Below, one piece after another: positions 8,781 through 18,912 of a DNA stretch of 64,000 bases. The notes under the pieces are model-generated. The model saw only the letters and a list, made by a program, of their open reading frames with translations, was not told the origin of the DNA and ran no database searches. Position numbers and translations under genes: made by a program. The stretch is from an uncultured Acidobacteriaceae bacterium. GTDB lineage: Bacteria > Acidobacteriota > Terriglobia > Terriglobales > Acidobacteriaceae. Location of the stretch: positions 318,805-382,804 of the forward strand of contig CAWCVD010000007.1 of the NCBI GenBank assembly GCA_963798925.1, written 5' to 3'. Every line of letters starts with the position of its first letter. Position 1 is the first letter of the stretch.

Positions 8781-10093
8781 GTTCAGGTCCCTTTATTTCG
8801 CCGTCTTTCTCGCGATGGTGGGCACACTGTCACTCTCCTTCCTCGTATTTCGAGAGATCTCAGTTCGCCTCGAGCGCAAGCACATCGATCCCATCTATGA
8901 CCGCCTGGACCAATTTCAACTGGAGTCTGCACGCGAGAAATTTGACACCGGCGGCACACACGCCCTGGCGAACTATCTGGCAAGCCTGGACCATATCTCC
9001 GGCGCTCATCATTATTTACTCGACGCACACGGCATAGATCTCGTAACCGGTGGAAGCAGGGCAGCGCTTCCTCCCTCCTTCTCCATCCACCAAATGGCGA
9101 ATCCGGACCGGCGATCATTCAATCGCCGCGCAACGCTCCGATGACGGCCAGTATTGGTTTGCAGCAGAGGGCCAGCCTGCCCGGCCGCGCATTTGGCCAT
9201 TTCTGCCGTACTATTTTCTGGTCATCGGCGCTACTGGCATTCTCTGCTGGCTCGCCTCGGTCGCAGTTGTGGCTCCCATCCGCAGAATAGCCGCCTCGAT
9301 CGCGCGCTTTGGACACGGCGATCTGTCTGTCCGCGTCCGCACGAACCGTCAGGACGAGATCGGGCAACTAAGCAGTTCATTCAACCAAATGGCCGAACGT
9401 CTTCAACGGATGATAGCGAACGAGCGAAGGCTGCTCGCGGACATATCGCACGAACTCAGGTCCCCTTTGGCGCGCTTGAAGTTTGCGGTCAAGCTGGCCA
9501 GAACCTCTGCAGACACTGATGCGGCTCTTGATCGCATCAACCGCGATGTAGACCGAATCGCCTCGCTTGTTGCCGGAGTCCTCGAGATCACCGTCGCTGA
9601 AGGCGAACCCCTTGCTCAAGGCACGGAGATCATGCGCATCGGCGACATCCTGGATGAAGTCATTCGTGATTGCACATTCGAAGCCGAGGTTCGGGGTTGT
9701 CGAATCGCCCTGTGGGGTTCGTCCTCGACTCAGATTCTTGGCAATCGCGAACTGCTGCGGCGCGCAGTTGAGAACGTCATGCGCAATGCAATTCGTTATT
9801 CTCCAGATCAATCAACGATCGATATTTGCCTCACTGAAGACTCCGACACCGCGAACATTGCAGTTCGTGACTATGGACCAGGCGTTCCCGAAGATATGCT
9901 CACAAGAATCTTCGATCCGTTCTTCCGCGTAGAAGACGCTCGCAATGCGCTCGGTGGAGGATCGGGGCTCGGCTTATCCATCGCGAAACGCGCCGTTGAG
10001 GTTCATCACGGCACAATCGCCGCACAGCACGCATCACCGGGCCTGCGTGTGCAAATCAAAATTCCGCTATTCAAACCAATCATTTCCGCTTAA
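8758..10093 (+). pseudogene. sensor histidine kinase (TM-periplasmic-TM-HAMP-HisKA-HATPase) split by a frameshift
   Basis: ORF 8758..9144 encodes the N-terminal TM and periplasmic part. ORF 9050..10093 (other frame) encodes the second TM, HAMP, H-box ISHELRSPLA, N-box and G-boxes (RDYGPGV, GGSGLGLSI). The frames must be joined around 9060-9110. This could be a real frameshift or a sequence error. Confidence 0.7.
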
Positions 10094-10223
10094 CGGTGAT
10101 TGCCGCTACTAATTTCCCTTCAACAGCGCTTAAACCTTAAGGTTCAGCTCCAACAAATCATGGTGTACTTTTCTCGACGCCTAGCCCGACAGGGAAATAT
10201 CCCGGGCGTTGGAGGGTACATCT

Positions 10224-10568
10224 ATGAAGCGATTCTTCGCCTTCGCACTAACGTTCACACTCGCTGCTCCCATCTTTGCGGCGCAGAATTCCCAAACTGT
10301 GAACGTTCCCGAGACGATAAAAGCTGGATCCACCCAGCTCGCCCCGGGCGATTACAACGTGTCATGGACGGGTACCGCACCCGACGTTCAAGTCACCTTT
10401 ACCCTGAAACGGAAGGTCCTCGCCACCGTTCCCGCCAAGTTGGTCGAACAGAACAACAAGAACGAGGGACTGGAAACTGACGCCGCCAGCGGAGTCGAAG
10501 TTCTGGAAGCAATTCACTTGAGAAATATGACCTTGGTATTTAGCGGTTCACCCTCAACCGCAAAGTAA
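10224..10568 (+). CDS. hypothetical secreted protein downstream of the two-component system
   Basis: Signal peptide MKRFFAFALTFTLAAPIFAAQ. GGAGGG lies upstream of ATG 10224 (ORF track start 10209). Followed by a strong terminator. Confidence 0.5.
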   Translation: MKRFFAFALTFTLAAPIFAAQNSQTVNVPETIKAGSTQLAPGDYNVSWTGTAPDVQVTFTLKRKVLATVPAKLVEQNNKNEGLETDAASGVEVLEAIHLRNMTLVFSGSPSTAK

Positions 10569-10646
10569 GACGAAACACATTCACTTTCGAGCCCATTTAG
10601 ATTCATACCCATTTACGGACAGCAAAATAGAACATGACCTCCAGTT

Positions 10647-10670
10647 GCCCTCTTCGGAGGGCTTTTTTTT
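10647..10670 (+). terminator. rho-independent terminator
   Basis: GCCCTC-ttcg-GAGGGC stem-loop followed by T8 (10663-10670). Confidence 0.75.
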
Positions 10671-10766
10671 CGCTCTTGTTTCCCAAGCGACCCAAAAACC
10701 TCCTGACCAGTGCTCAAGTCTTAGCGACGGCCCAACCCCCACGAAGGTGCTCACAGCTAACGTAAC

Positions 10767-11216
10767 TCACTTACCCGCCGAATCCGCGACTGCAAACACC
10801 GCAACCACCTTCCCCCCGCCATCCATCAACTCAAGCTGCCGTCCCGCAATCTTCCACCTTTTCACCTGCCCCATCGCCTTCAGAAAACCCTGTTCCGTTT
10901 CCATCCCACTCGGACAAGCCATCATGGTCGAAGCCATCTGACCGAACGTCAGATTCTCCCCCTTCAACTCATACCCACCCGTAATCCTGTTGCACCCTCC
11001 CGACCCGCTCACCCGATGCGCCTCCGGATCGAGAACAATCTCTGGCTTCTGTCGCAGATCATCCTCCTTCACCACCGCATCTCCCAACCGAACCAGCCTC
11101 CATTCCGTCTTCTCCAGCGGAACCGCGCCGTTCACCGTTCCCGACTGAGTCCAACCAGCCACCGCAAAACCAGCCACCAGCAAACCGAAGCTCCATCCCA
11201 CCACAAAGCGCTTCAT
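10767..11216 (-). CDS. META domain protein (HslJ-like), secreted/lipoprotein-like
   Basis: Signal-like N-terminus. TEWRLVRL and GSGGCNRITGGYELKGENLTFGQMASTMMAC are typical of META domains. Confidence 0.8.
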   Translation of the reverse strand: MKRFVVGWSFGLLVAGFAVAGWTQSGTVNGAVPLEKTEWRLVRLGDAVVKEDDLRQKPEIVLDPEAHRVSGSGGCNRITGGYELKGENLTFGQMASTMMACPSGMETEQGFLKAMGQVKRWKIAGRQLELMDGGGKVVAVFAVADSAGK

Positions 11217-11350
11217 AGACCCTCCTCCAAACCCACCTCAACTCTATTCCCATTGAGGCCCTCAAAGAAATCCGTGGCGTCCCCGCAAACCCGTGTTAAG
11301 GCTCTCCAACAAAACTCACAACTCAGATCTCCTTGGTATCCTGACTGAGC

Positions 11351-12958
11351 ATGTCAAAACCGATCGTTCTTACCATCCTCGACGGCTGGGGCTACCGCAC
11401 CGAAACCCACGGCAACGCCATCGCTCAAGCACGCAAACCTACCTACGACGCGCTCTTACGCGACTACCCCAACACCCTCCTCCGCGCCTCCGAGCACTTC
11501 GTCGGCCTCCCCGACGGCCAGATGGGTAATAGCGAAGTCGGCCACTTAAATCTAGGCGCAGGAAGAATCGTCCGCATGGACATGACCCGCATCGACACGG
11601 CCATCCTCGACGGCAGCCTCTATACCGACCCCACATTAGTCCGCGCTTACGAACTCGCCGCGCAAAAGGGAAGAGCCCTCCATCTCATAGGCCTCCTCTC
11701 CGACGGCGGAGTCCATTCCCACCAGCGCCATCTCGACGCCCTCATTCGCATGGCCGCCCAGCGTCACCTCACCCACGTCTTCATCCACGCCTTCATGGAC
11801 GGCCGCGACACTCTGCCCACCAGCGGCCTCGGCTATCTCGAACAACTCCAGCACACCCTCCGCAAGGCAGGCGTCGGGCAAATCGCAAGCGTCAGCGGCC
11901 GCTACTACGCCATGGACCGCGACCTCCGCTGGGAAAAAGAGCGACAAGCCTTCGACGCCCTGGTCACCGGCCACCCCGAAGGCGGACGCTACGCCGACCC
12001 CATCGCCCGAATCAAAGAACTCTATAACAACAACATCACCGACGAGTTCGTCCCTCCCTTCACCTGCATCAACCCCGAAGGCGAACCCATTGGCCTCATC
12101 CGCGACCACGACGTCGTCATTAACTTCAACTACCGCGCCGACCGCGTCCGCCAGATCACCCGCGTCCTCACCCGCCGCTCCGGCCTCACCAACGACCCCG
12201 AAGGCGCCCAGGGCCTCACCTTACCAAAAGCCGCAGAACTCGACGCCGAGATCCCGCTCTCCGAAGTCCCCGTTAGCCTTCATTACGTCTGCATGACCCA
12301 ATACGACAAAAACTTCAAGCTCCCCATCGTCATCCCGCCGGAGTCGATGGACAACCTCCTCGCCAATCTCCTGGCGCAAGCCAATCTCCGCAACCTCCGC
12401 GTAGCCGAGACCGAAAAGTACGCGCACGTCACCTACTTCTTCAATGGCGGCATCGAGAAACCCTTCCCCGGCGAAGACCGCGCCCTCGTCCCATCTCAGA
12501 AGGTCGCCACCTACGACCTCGCCCCCGAGATGTCTGCCTCCGGCATCGCCGACGCAGTTATCAAAGCCATTAGCGACACCGCCTTCGACGTCATCATCGT
12601 CAACTTCGCCAACGCCGACATGGTCGGTCACTCCGGCAAAATGGAACCCACCATCCGCGCCGTAGAAACCGTCGACACCCAACTAGGCCGCATCTATCAA
12701 GCCATTCGCCAGCGCGGCGGCTCACTCCTCGTCACCGCCGACCACGGTAACGCCGAGATGCTCATCGACCCCGCCACCGGTGGCCCTCACACCGCCCACA
12801 CTACTAACCCCGTCCCCTTCCTCTACATCACCGAAGAGGGCAACAAACTCACGCTAAGAGAAGGCGGCAGCCTGCGCGACATCTCCCCCACCATCCTCAA
12901 CCTGCTAAACCTGGACCAGCCAAACCAAATGACCGGAGGCAACCTCCGCAACCCATAG
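11351..12958 (+). CDS. gpmI: 2,3-bisphosphoglycerate-independent phosphoglycerate mutase
   Basis: [37 protein letters not shown]; length 535 aa. Confidence 0.95.
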   Translation: MSKPIVLTILDGWGYRTETHGNAIAQARKPTYDALLRDYPNTLLRASEHFVGLPDGQMGNSEVGHLNLGAGRIVRMDMTRIDTAILDGSLYTDPTLVRAYELAAQKGRALHLIGLLSDGGVHSHQRHLDALIRMAAQRHLTHVFIHAFMDGRDTLPTSGLGYLEQLQHTLRKAGVGQIASVSGRYYAMDRDLRWEKERQAFDALVTGHPEGGRYADPIARIKELYNNNITDEFVPPFTCINPEGEPIGLIRDHDVVINFNYRADRVRQITRVLTRRSGLTNDPEGAQGLTLPKAAELDAEIPLSEVPVSLHYVCMTQYDKNFKLPIVIPPESMDNLLANLLAQANLRNLRVAETEKYAHVTYFFNGGIEKPFPGEDRALVPSQKVATYDLAPEMSASGIADAVIKAISDTAFDVIIVNFANADMVGHSGKMEPTIRAVETVDTQLGRIYQAIRQRGGSLLVTADHGNAEMLIDPATGGPHTAHTTNPVPFLYITEEGNKLTLREGGSLRDISPTILNLLNLDQPNQMTGGNLRNP

Positions 12959-13002
12959 CGCCTCCTCTGCAACCGTCGCCACCCTCGTAGCCGATAGCCC
13001 AC

Positions 13003-13039
13003 CCTTGTCATTCCGCAGCGCAGCGGAGGAATCTGCTTT
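13003..13039 (+). repeat. REP-like hairpin element, copy 1
   Basis: CCTTGTCATTCCGCAGCGCAGCGGAGGAATCTGCTTT (ATTCC/GGAAT stem). 36/37 identical to the reverse complement of 52558-52594. Confidence 0.7.
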
Positions 13040-13204
13040 TCGCGTTTGTTTTTATCGTCATTGTTGGCAGAACGCCCCAGGATCAACAGGGCAGCCAAGC
13101 CCTAGTGAGATAAACATCGCCGCCGATAAACCTACAAGCAATGTCGCCTGCGCGGGCAAAAACTCCGCGGGCTGGACTACAAAAACGGCGAAAGGACAAG
13201 ATCG

Positions 13205-13537
13205 ATGTCTCTGATCCAGACCTGTAAATGCGAAGAGTGCGATATGCAGAAGTCATTCGCAAACCACTGGGTGATGTTGTACGAAAGGAACGGCAATCTC
13301 GTGGTCCTGCCGAAATGGGATCCAAAGATGTTGCGGCGTACGCGTCACTTTTGCGGACGTGCCCACGCAAGCAGATATGTAGAACGCTGGATTGCTGGCC
13401 TCGCTCTCAATCTGACACCTGAACCGCTCCCTGAGTCAGGTCTAAAGAATTCCGCCCCTTCCCAATTCGCATCGCGGGTCATCTCCGACGAAGAGGACGA
13501 AGCGACCGCCCTGCAGCTGGTAGCAAGATATCGATAA
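13205..13537 (+). CDS. hypothetical Cys-rich protein
   Basis: 110-codon ORF with CKCEEC ... FCGRAH spacing suggestive of a metal-binding knuckle. Sits in a lower-GC gap. No family recognised. Confidence 0.4.
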   Translation: MSLIQTCKCEECDMQKSFANHWVMLYERNGNLVVLPKWDPKMLRRTRHFCGRAHASRYVERWIAGLALNLTPEPLPESGLKNSAPSQFASRVISDEEDEATALQLVARYR

Positions 13538-13624
13538 GGCGCGGCCCTTCGGTCTCAACGTCTTCGAATTTTGTGAGATCCCCCCTCATCTTCAGCACAT
13601 CACAGCCGATATGGTTCAGTACAA

Positions 13625-13924
13625 ATGCCTCCAATCCGAGGAGTGCGGCAGGAGCGAACGGAGGGCGCTTTGACTCGTTATCGGATCTACAGAAACTCAG
13701 CAGATGAGACAACCTACATCTCGACCCACGATTGCAAGACGCGACACGATCCACAGCAGTACCCAAATCTGAATATCGCCCTTGCTGTGCTTCGCGACTG
13801 CGGAATACCTGAGTACGAGATTCGTCGAGTCACAAAGGAGATGGCCGTGATCAACGGCGCAATCGTGCAGGTCCCGGAGACGCTCATCTTCGACCACACC
13901 GCAGGCGAAATAAGCTACAGGTAA
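13625..13924 (+). CDS. hypothetical protein
   Basis: 99-codon ORF in the same lower-GC gap. No family recognised. Confidence 0.3.
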   Translation: MPPIRGVRQERTEGALTRYRIYRNSADETTYISTHDCKTRHDPQQYPNLNIALAVLRDCGIPEYEIRRVTKEMAVINGAIVQVPETLIFDHTAGEISYR

Positions 13925-13937
13925 AGTTTGCGGACAG

Positions 13938-14561
13938 CTAAAACTCCCGCCGCCCTTCCATCGCCCGCGTCATAGTCACCTCGTCGGCATACTCAATATC
14001 GCTTCCCGCCGGAACCCCCGTAGCAATTCGCGTCACCTTCAAATCGTTCTTGGTCTTGCGCAGTTCCAGCACCAGATAAGCCGCCGTCGCCTCACCCTCC
14101 GTCGTCGGCGAAGTCGCCAGAATCACCTCATCGACCTCGCCTACCCGCGTCAGCAAATTCCCAATCCGCAACTGCTCCGGCCCAACCCCGCCAATCGGCG
14201 ACAACGTTCCATGCAGCACGTGATAAACCCCGTTGTAACTCCGCGTCTTCTCGATCGCCGCGATGTTCGTCGGTTCCTCAACCACACAAACCACCCTCTG
14301 ATTCCGCACGGCACTCGTGCAATACACACACGGATCTACATCCGTAATGTTGTTACACACTGAGCAAAGCCGCAGCTGACGCTTCAACTCCCGAATCGCC
14401 GCCGACAGCGCCTCCGCATCTTCATTCGAAGACCGCAGCACATGAAAAGCCATCCTCTGTGCGCTCTTCGTTCCGATCCCGGGCAGCTTCCGCAACTCCT
14501 CGATCAGCCGCGCCATCGGCTCCGCAAAACGGCTCGAGCCCGAATTGAACGAACCGGCCAC
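13938..14561 (-). CDS. recR: recombination protein RecR
   Basis: HhH N-terminus ([11 protein letters not shown]), C4 zinc finger [16 protein letters not shown], Toprim region. Confidence 0.95.
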   Translation of the reverse strand: MAGSFNSGSSRFAEPMARLIEELRKLPGIGTKSAQRMAFHVLRSSNEDAEALSAAIRELKRQLRLCSVCNNITDVDPCVYCTSAVRNQRVVCVVEEPTNIAAIEKTRSYNGVYHVLHGTLSPIGGVGPEQLRIGNLLTRVGEVDEVILATSPTTEGEATAAYLVLELRKTKNDLKVTRIATGVPAGSDIEYADEVTMTRAMEGRREF

Positions 14562-14894
14562 CTACCGCAACCCCGGAAGATCAGGTAGTCCAAGCCCACT
14601 CATCATTCCCGCGACGCTCGACTTCATCGCCTCATCCGCCCTGCGGCCTGCCTCATTCACCGCCGCCGCGATCAAATCTTCGAGCAGTTCAAGATCACTG
14701 GTTGAACTCCCCATCGCAGTCGGCTCAATCTTGATCCGAAGCACTTCCTTCTTCCCATTCATCTTCACCGTGACCACCCCGCCGCCGCTCGAAGCCTCCA
14801 CCACGGTTGCAGCGAGCTTCTTCTCCATCTGCTCCTGCATCTGCTTCGCCTGCCCCATCATCTCTTTCATCTTGCCCAGGTCGGAAAAGTCCAT
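14562..14894 (-). CDS. ybaB: YbaB/EbfC nucleoid-associated DNA-binding protein
   Basis: MDFSDLGKMKEMMGQAKQMQEQMEK...VTVKMNGKKEVLRIKI. Abuts recR in the conserved dnaX-ybaB-recR order. Start taken at the ATG at 14894 within ORF 14562..14945. Confidence 0.9.
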   Translation of the reverse strand: MDFSDLGKMKEMMGQAKQMQEQMEKKLAATVVEASSGGGVVTVKMNGKKEVLRIKIEPTAMGSSTSDLELLEDLIAAAVNEAGRRADEAMKSSVAGMMSGLGLPDLPGLR

Positions 14895-14922
14895 CGCGTC
14901 CTCGTGATCTCGCTGTCGCGCC

Positions 14923-16860
14923 TCAATCGTTGTCCCGCAGATCAATCACACTCTGAATCTCGGCATTGAACAGCGTCTGCGCCCGCTGCACAATCGGATG
15001 TTCCATTGCCATCGCCTGAGCGCTTCCCGTCTTCACGGCCTTCGGCTTTTTAGCTGCCGCAACCGCCTTTACCCCCGGGACCAACACCAGCTTCAACGCG
15101 CCCGCACCTGCATCACGGATCGCAGCCTTGATCAGCCTCTCAGCCTCAGCATTGATCACCATCGGCAGCATCGTCTTCGAGATCTCCGTCTGCACGCGAA
15201 CGTCGCCCTCCGCCACCGACCACTCCGCATCGGCCATCGCATCCGCCGCCGTCTCCTGGCTCTTCGCCGAGATCAGCACCTTCACCGCCGCTTTCTGCAA
15301 AACCTCAGCACTCGCAGACGAACTCTGTGGCAAATCCGCACCGCCAGCCTCCACGAGAGTCGCCTCTATTGGCGACACGACAGCAACAGGGGTAGCACCC
15401 GTCGCGATCGCCTCAACCGGCTTCGTCACCTGAACCGGCACAGCCGGCGCCGAAGGCACTACAGCCGGCGCGACCTCAACAGCTCTCCCATCAAACCGCC
15501 TCCGATCCTTATCCTGCTCAAACGGCGAAAAAGTCGGTTTTGCAGCCACCGAACCAGAATTCAGAACCCGCGCCGCCGCACTCGCCGCACCGCTGCTGGC
15601 GGACGCCGTCACCGAAGCATCCGCTCTCTTAGCCGACGCATTCGTTTGCCCCTGTCCTGTTCCACCCCGAGCAGGGAACTGGCTCAACACCTCTTCAATC
15701 GGCAGCAACCGCCGCAGATGCACCAGCTTCAATAACCCCAACTCAAAATGAAACCGCTGCTCCTGCCTGTACCCAAGCTCATCAAACGTCCGCAGCATCA
15801 CCTGCAAAAACCGCGTCAGCTCCTCTTCGCTGAACAGCGCAGCCGATCGCCCCGCACGCCGCTGCTCATCTGCCGAAATCTGCAACAACTCCGCCGCAGC
15901 CCCATCCAACCCCGTCCCATCGCCGCCGACCCCGGCAATCTTCGCAATTACGCAGTTCCGCAGATACCTTACGAGCTGCCGCGCCAACTGCGCCGGAGAA
16001 TTCCCCGCATCCAGCAGCTCATTCGCAACCGTAATCACCTCGGCGCTTCGACCCCCATCCACCGCCTCAAGAATCCGTTCAAACACCGCATTCGGAACCG
16101 TCCCCATCAGTTCGCGAATCTGCCCCACATCCAGCCGCGGCCGCCCATCCTCCACCGGCGCACTCGCAATCGCCTGGTCCATGATCGACAGCGCATCCCG
16201 CATCGATCCGTCGCCGGCCTCCGCAAGCAAGCCCAGCGCAGCATCATCCGCGTCCACATCCTCGCGCTCAGCAATCCCACGCAGCTCATCCAGAATGTCC
16301 ACCAACTTCACCGCATGAAAACTGAAGTGCTGGCACCGCGACCGCACCGTCTGCGGAATATCCTCCGGCTGCGTAGTCGCCATCATGAAAACAATATGAT
16401 CCGGCGGCTCCTCCAGCGTCTTCAGCAGCGCATTGAACGCCGCATCCGTAATCTGGTGCGCCTCATCCAGGATGTAGATCTTGTACTTATCCCTGGCCGG
16501 CCTGTACCGGGCCGCATCCCGCAGCTCACGAATCTCATCGATCCCGCGATTGGTCGCCGCATCAATCTCAATCACATCGACTGAATTCCCCGCGCGAATC
16601 TCCGTACAGCTCTCGCAAACCTCGCAAGGCTCCGCCGTAGGTCGCACCGCCGACCCAATCGTGTTCCGGCAGTTCAGCGCCATCGCCAGAATGCGCGCAA
16701 TCGTTGTCTTCCCAATCCCGCGATGCCCGCTGAAGATGTACCCATGCGCAATCCGGTTCTGCGTCAGCGCATTCATCAGCGTCACGGTCACATGGTCCTG
16801 TCCCGCGACATCCGCAAACCGTTGCGGCCGGTATTTCCTTGCAAGAACCTGATAAGCCAT
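14923..16860 (-). CDS. dnaX: DNA polymerase III subunit gamma/tau
   Basis: YRPQRFADVAGQDHV, Walker A GHRGIGKTT, ILDEAH, zinc module CEVCESC; Ala/Pro-rich linker and C-terminal tau region. Confidence 0.95.
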   Translation of the reverse strand: MAYQVLARKYRPQRFADVAGQDHVTVTLMNALTQNRIAHGYIFSGHRGIGKTTIARILAMALNCRNTIGSAVRPTAEPCEVCESCTEIRAGNSVDVIEIDAATNRGIDEIRELRDAARYRPARDKYKIYILDEAHQITDAAFNALLKTLEEPPDHIVFMMATTQPEDIPQTVRSRCQHFSFHAVKLVDILDELRGIAEREDVDADDAALGLLAEAGDGSMRDALSIMDQAIASAPVEDGRPRLDVGQIRELMGTVPNAVFERILEAVDGGRSAEVITVANELLDAGNSPAQLARQLVRYLRNCVIAKIAGVGGDGTGLDGAAAELLQISADEQRRAGRSAALFSEEELTRFLQVMLRTFDELGYRQEQRFHFELGLLKLVHLRRLLPIEEVLSQFPARGGTGQGQTNASAKRADASVTASASSGAASAAARVLNSGSVAAKPTFSPFEQDKDRRRFDGRAVEVAPAVVPSAPAVPVQVTKPVEAIATGATPVAVVSPIEATLVEAGGADLPQSSSASAEVLQKAAVKVLISAKSQETAADAMADAEWSVAEGDVRVQTEISKTMLPMVINAEAERLIKAAIRDAGAGALKLVLVPGVKAVAAAKKPKAVKTGSAQAMAMEHPIVQRAQTLFNAEIQSVIDLRDND

Positions 16861-16951
16861 AAATTACTTATTGAACGGATACGTAGCCAAGCCGCGACCG
16901 CCCTCGCAACCTCTATTGTATCGCCCGCAACATGCAGAAAATCCGCAGGGC

Positions 16952-17416
16952 TTATCCCTTCGCACTCTTCGCCGCAACCCGCTTCGCCCGTCGAGCCCGC
17001 CGCTTCACCTCATCCTCGCTGAACATCGTGCCCCGGCATTTTTCCGCGCCACAATAACAATCCGCTTCTTCGTCATCGCTGTCGAAGAGGTTGTACTCAT
17101 ACGTCAACTCCTCACCCGCCGCGATATCGCGAATTGCCCGGATAAACACTCGCCCATCCTCCGAGGCGGACTCGCAGTTCGGATTGCACGAGTGATTGAT
17201 AAACATCGCAATCCCAAATCCATCGATCACCGTCCCATCCTCCCCAGGGCTAAAGAGATACGTGATGTCTCGATCCCTATATCGCTCATCAGCCACGCTC
17301 TTGCTGAAGCGCGGTCCATCGTACTCGCACACCCACTTGCCCTTTTTGATCGCCCGCGTCGTATAACACCCTGCCGCATGAATCGACGAAGAACGAATAA
17401 TCAGCCCATCAACCAT
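16952..17416 (-). CDS. SET-domain protein (putative lysine N-methyltransferase)
   Basis: NHSCNPN, ELTYEY and a post-SET-like CYCGAEKCRG, followed by a basic tail. Confidence 0.85.
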   Translation of the reverse strand: MVDGLIIRSSSIHAAGCYTTRAIKKGKWVCEYDGPRFSKSVADERYRDRDITYLFSPGEDGTVIDGFGIAMFINHSCNPNCESASEDGRVFIRAIRDIAAGEELTYEYNLFDSDDEEADCYCGAEKCRGTMFSEDEVKRRARRAKRVAAKSAKG

Positions 17417-17519
17417 AAGTCAGATCAATCCATCCAATAAAATAGCCCTAAGAAAGCACCTCGGGTCTGCTGACTATAACAAACCCCGGCGCAACACCGT
17501 CAAAGAGTTAGGCGACCAG

Positions 17520-18287
17520 ATGCCGATTCACCTCACAGCTCGAGCGATCACCGCAACATTGCTGCTCTCCGTGGCAAGCATCGCGCAGACGCCGGCACAG
17601 AACCCGCCCGCCGCGCCGCCGTGCCCAAATCAAAGCCAGGCTCAAAACCCCACCCAGCCCGCAGCTCCTGACCAGACAGCCAAGCCCTGCACCTCAACTC
17701 CGCCCGCAAAAAAATCCGCAGCCCAGCAATTCCCGTTCCCAGGACAACAATCCGCGCCACCCGCTAAGCCGGACACCGCTCCGGCCGCTCCCACTCCAAA
17801 TACCACTCCGGGCACCACCCCATCTGATGCCGCTGCCCAACATCCATTTCCCACCCAACCACCCCCCAAACTCCCCGGCGACGACTCCAGCAGCAGCTCA
17901 AGCTCCGCCGATGATCCCGATAATCCGCCAGCCGCCCCTCCAGACGCCAACGGCAACCCGCCCGAGGGCACCTCCGTCCATCGCAAACTCCCCAAGCCGC
18001 AACACATTCAGAGCGATGACGAACGTGTCGACGAGGACCTGAACGTCGCCAGATTCTATCTCCGCGACGAAAACTATCAGGGAGCCTACCTCCGCACCAA
18101 GGACGCGGTCAAAATCCAGCCCGAATACTCCGCCGCACACTTCGCCCTCGCCGAGGTAGCGCAGAAGATGAAGAAAAACGACGAGGCCGTCGCCGAATAC
18201 CAGCTCTATCTCAAGCTCGATCCCGACGGCGAAAAGGCCAAAGCCGCCAAAAAAGCCCTCGCCGAGCTCAACGGACTCAATAAGTAA
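17520..18287 (+). CDS. secreted Pro/Ala-rich protein with C-terminal TPR-like repeats
   Basis: Signal peptide, about 150 aa of P/A/Q low complexity, then NYQGAYLRTKDAVKIQPEYSAAHFALAEV...EYQLYLKLDPDGEKA. Confidence 0.7.
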   Translation: MPIHLTARAITATLLLSVASIAQTPAQNPPAAPPCPNQSQAQNPTQPAAPDQTAKPCTSTPPAKKSAAQQFPFPGQQSAPPAKPDTAPAAPTPNTTPGTTPSDAAAQHPFPTQPPPKLPGDDSSSSSSSADDPDNPPAAPPDANGNPPEGTSVHRKLPKPQHIQSDDERVDEDLNVARFYLRDENYQGAYLRTKDAVKIQPEYSAAHFALAEVAQKMKKNDEAVAEYQLYLKLDPDGEKAKAAKKALAELNGLNK

Positions 18288-18346
18288 AAGCTGAAATCAG
18301 AAGCTAGCCGCCGCGCAGGCAAGGCGTGTAACGTGATCTCGCCGCC

Positions 18347-18874
18347 ATGAACGCCACTTTCCATCAGCTCGAGCGCGAGATCGCTTCCACCCTCCGCGGG
18401 CTCAACGCCACTCAGACTCAGCTCCGCCCTCCATCCCAACCCGCGAAGTGGAGCATCCAGCAGATCATGGAGCACCTGCTCCTCACCTATTCTTTGACTC
18501 AACTCGCCCTCAACACACGCATCACCAAACGCTCCCCCACCAAGGCTAAACCCACCACGAAGCAAAAGATCCAGCAGTACGCTGTATTCAGACTTGGATA
18601 CTATCCGCCCGGTCGACAGGCGCCTCCCGCGGTCATACCCAACGCAACAAGCCAATCACTATCCGGCAGCGAACTCACCCAAGCCGTCAGCGAACACCTG
18701 ATACGTCTCGATGCCCTCTGCACCGAAGCCGGGAGGCTCTTCGGCGACGCACGTTGTGCCAATCACACAATCCTGGGCCCACTCAGCGTCAACAACTGGC
18801 GCATGTTCCAGCTTCTTCACGGCAGACACCACCTCAAACAAATCGCCGCGATACGCAAAGCACACAACCTCTAG
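18347..18874 (+). CDS. DinB-family (DinB_2-like) protein
   Basis: WSIQQIMEHLL ... LLHGRHHLKQIAAIRK fits the DinB four-helix metal-binding pattern. Confidence 0.7.
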   Translation: MNATFHQLEREIASTLRGLNATQTQLRPPSQPAKWSIQQIMEHLLLTYSLTQLALNTRITKRSPTKAKPTTKQKIQQYAVFRLGYYPPGRQAPPAVIPNATSQSLSGSELTQAVSEHLIRLDALCTEAGRLFGDARCANHTILGPLSVNNWRMFQLLHGRHHLKQIAAIRKAHNL

Positions 18875-18912
18875 CCTGCAATTGCCACGTTTCAGGCAAT
18901 GTCTGCAGCAAG

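Noticed and set aside
15046-15054. Programmed -1 frameshift site in dnaX (GCT AAA AAG)
   Set aside because: The heptamer is T AAA AAG rather than A AAA AAG. It lies about 50 codons from the C-terminus, so it could not generate a gamma-like product.
14998-16584. Plus-strand ORFs 14998..15735 and 15748..16584 (245 and 278 aa)
   Set aside because: Both lie antisense within dnaX and are Arg/Leu/His/Pro-rich. The dnaX motifs are clear on the other strand.
16861-16951. SRP (4.5S) RNA upstream of dnaX, as in some bacteria
   Set aside because: The 91-nt gap lacks the conserved GGAAGCAGCC-type domain IV motif on either strand.
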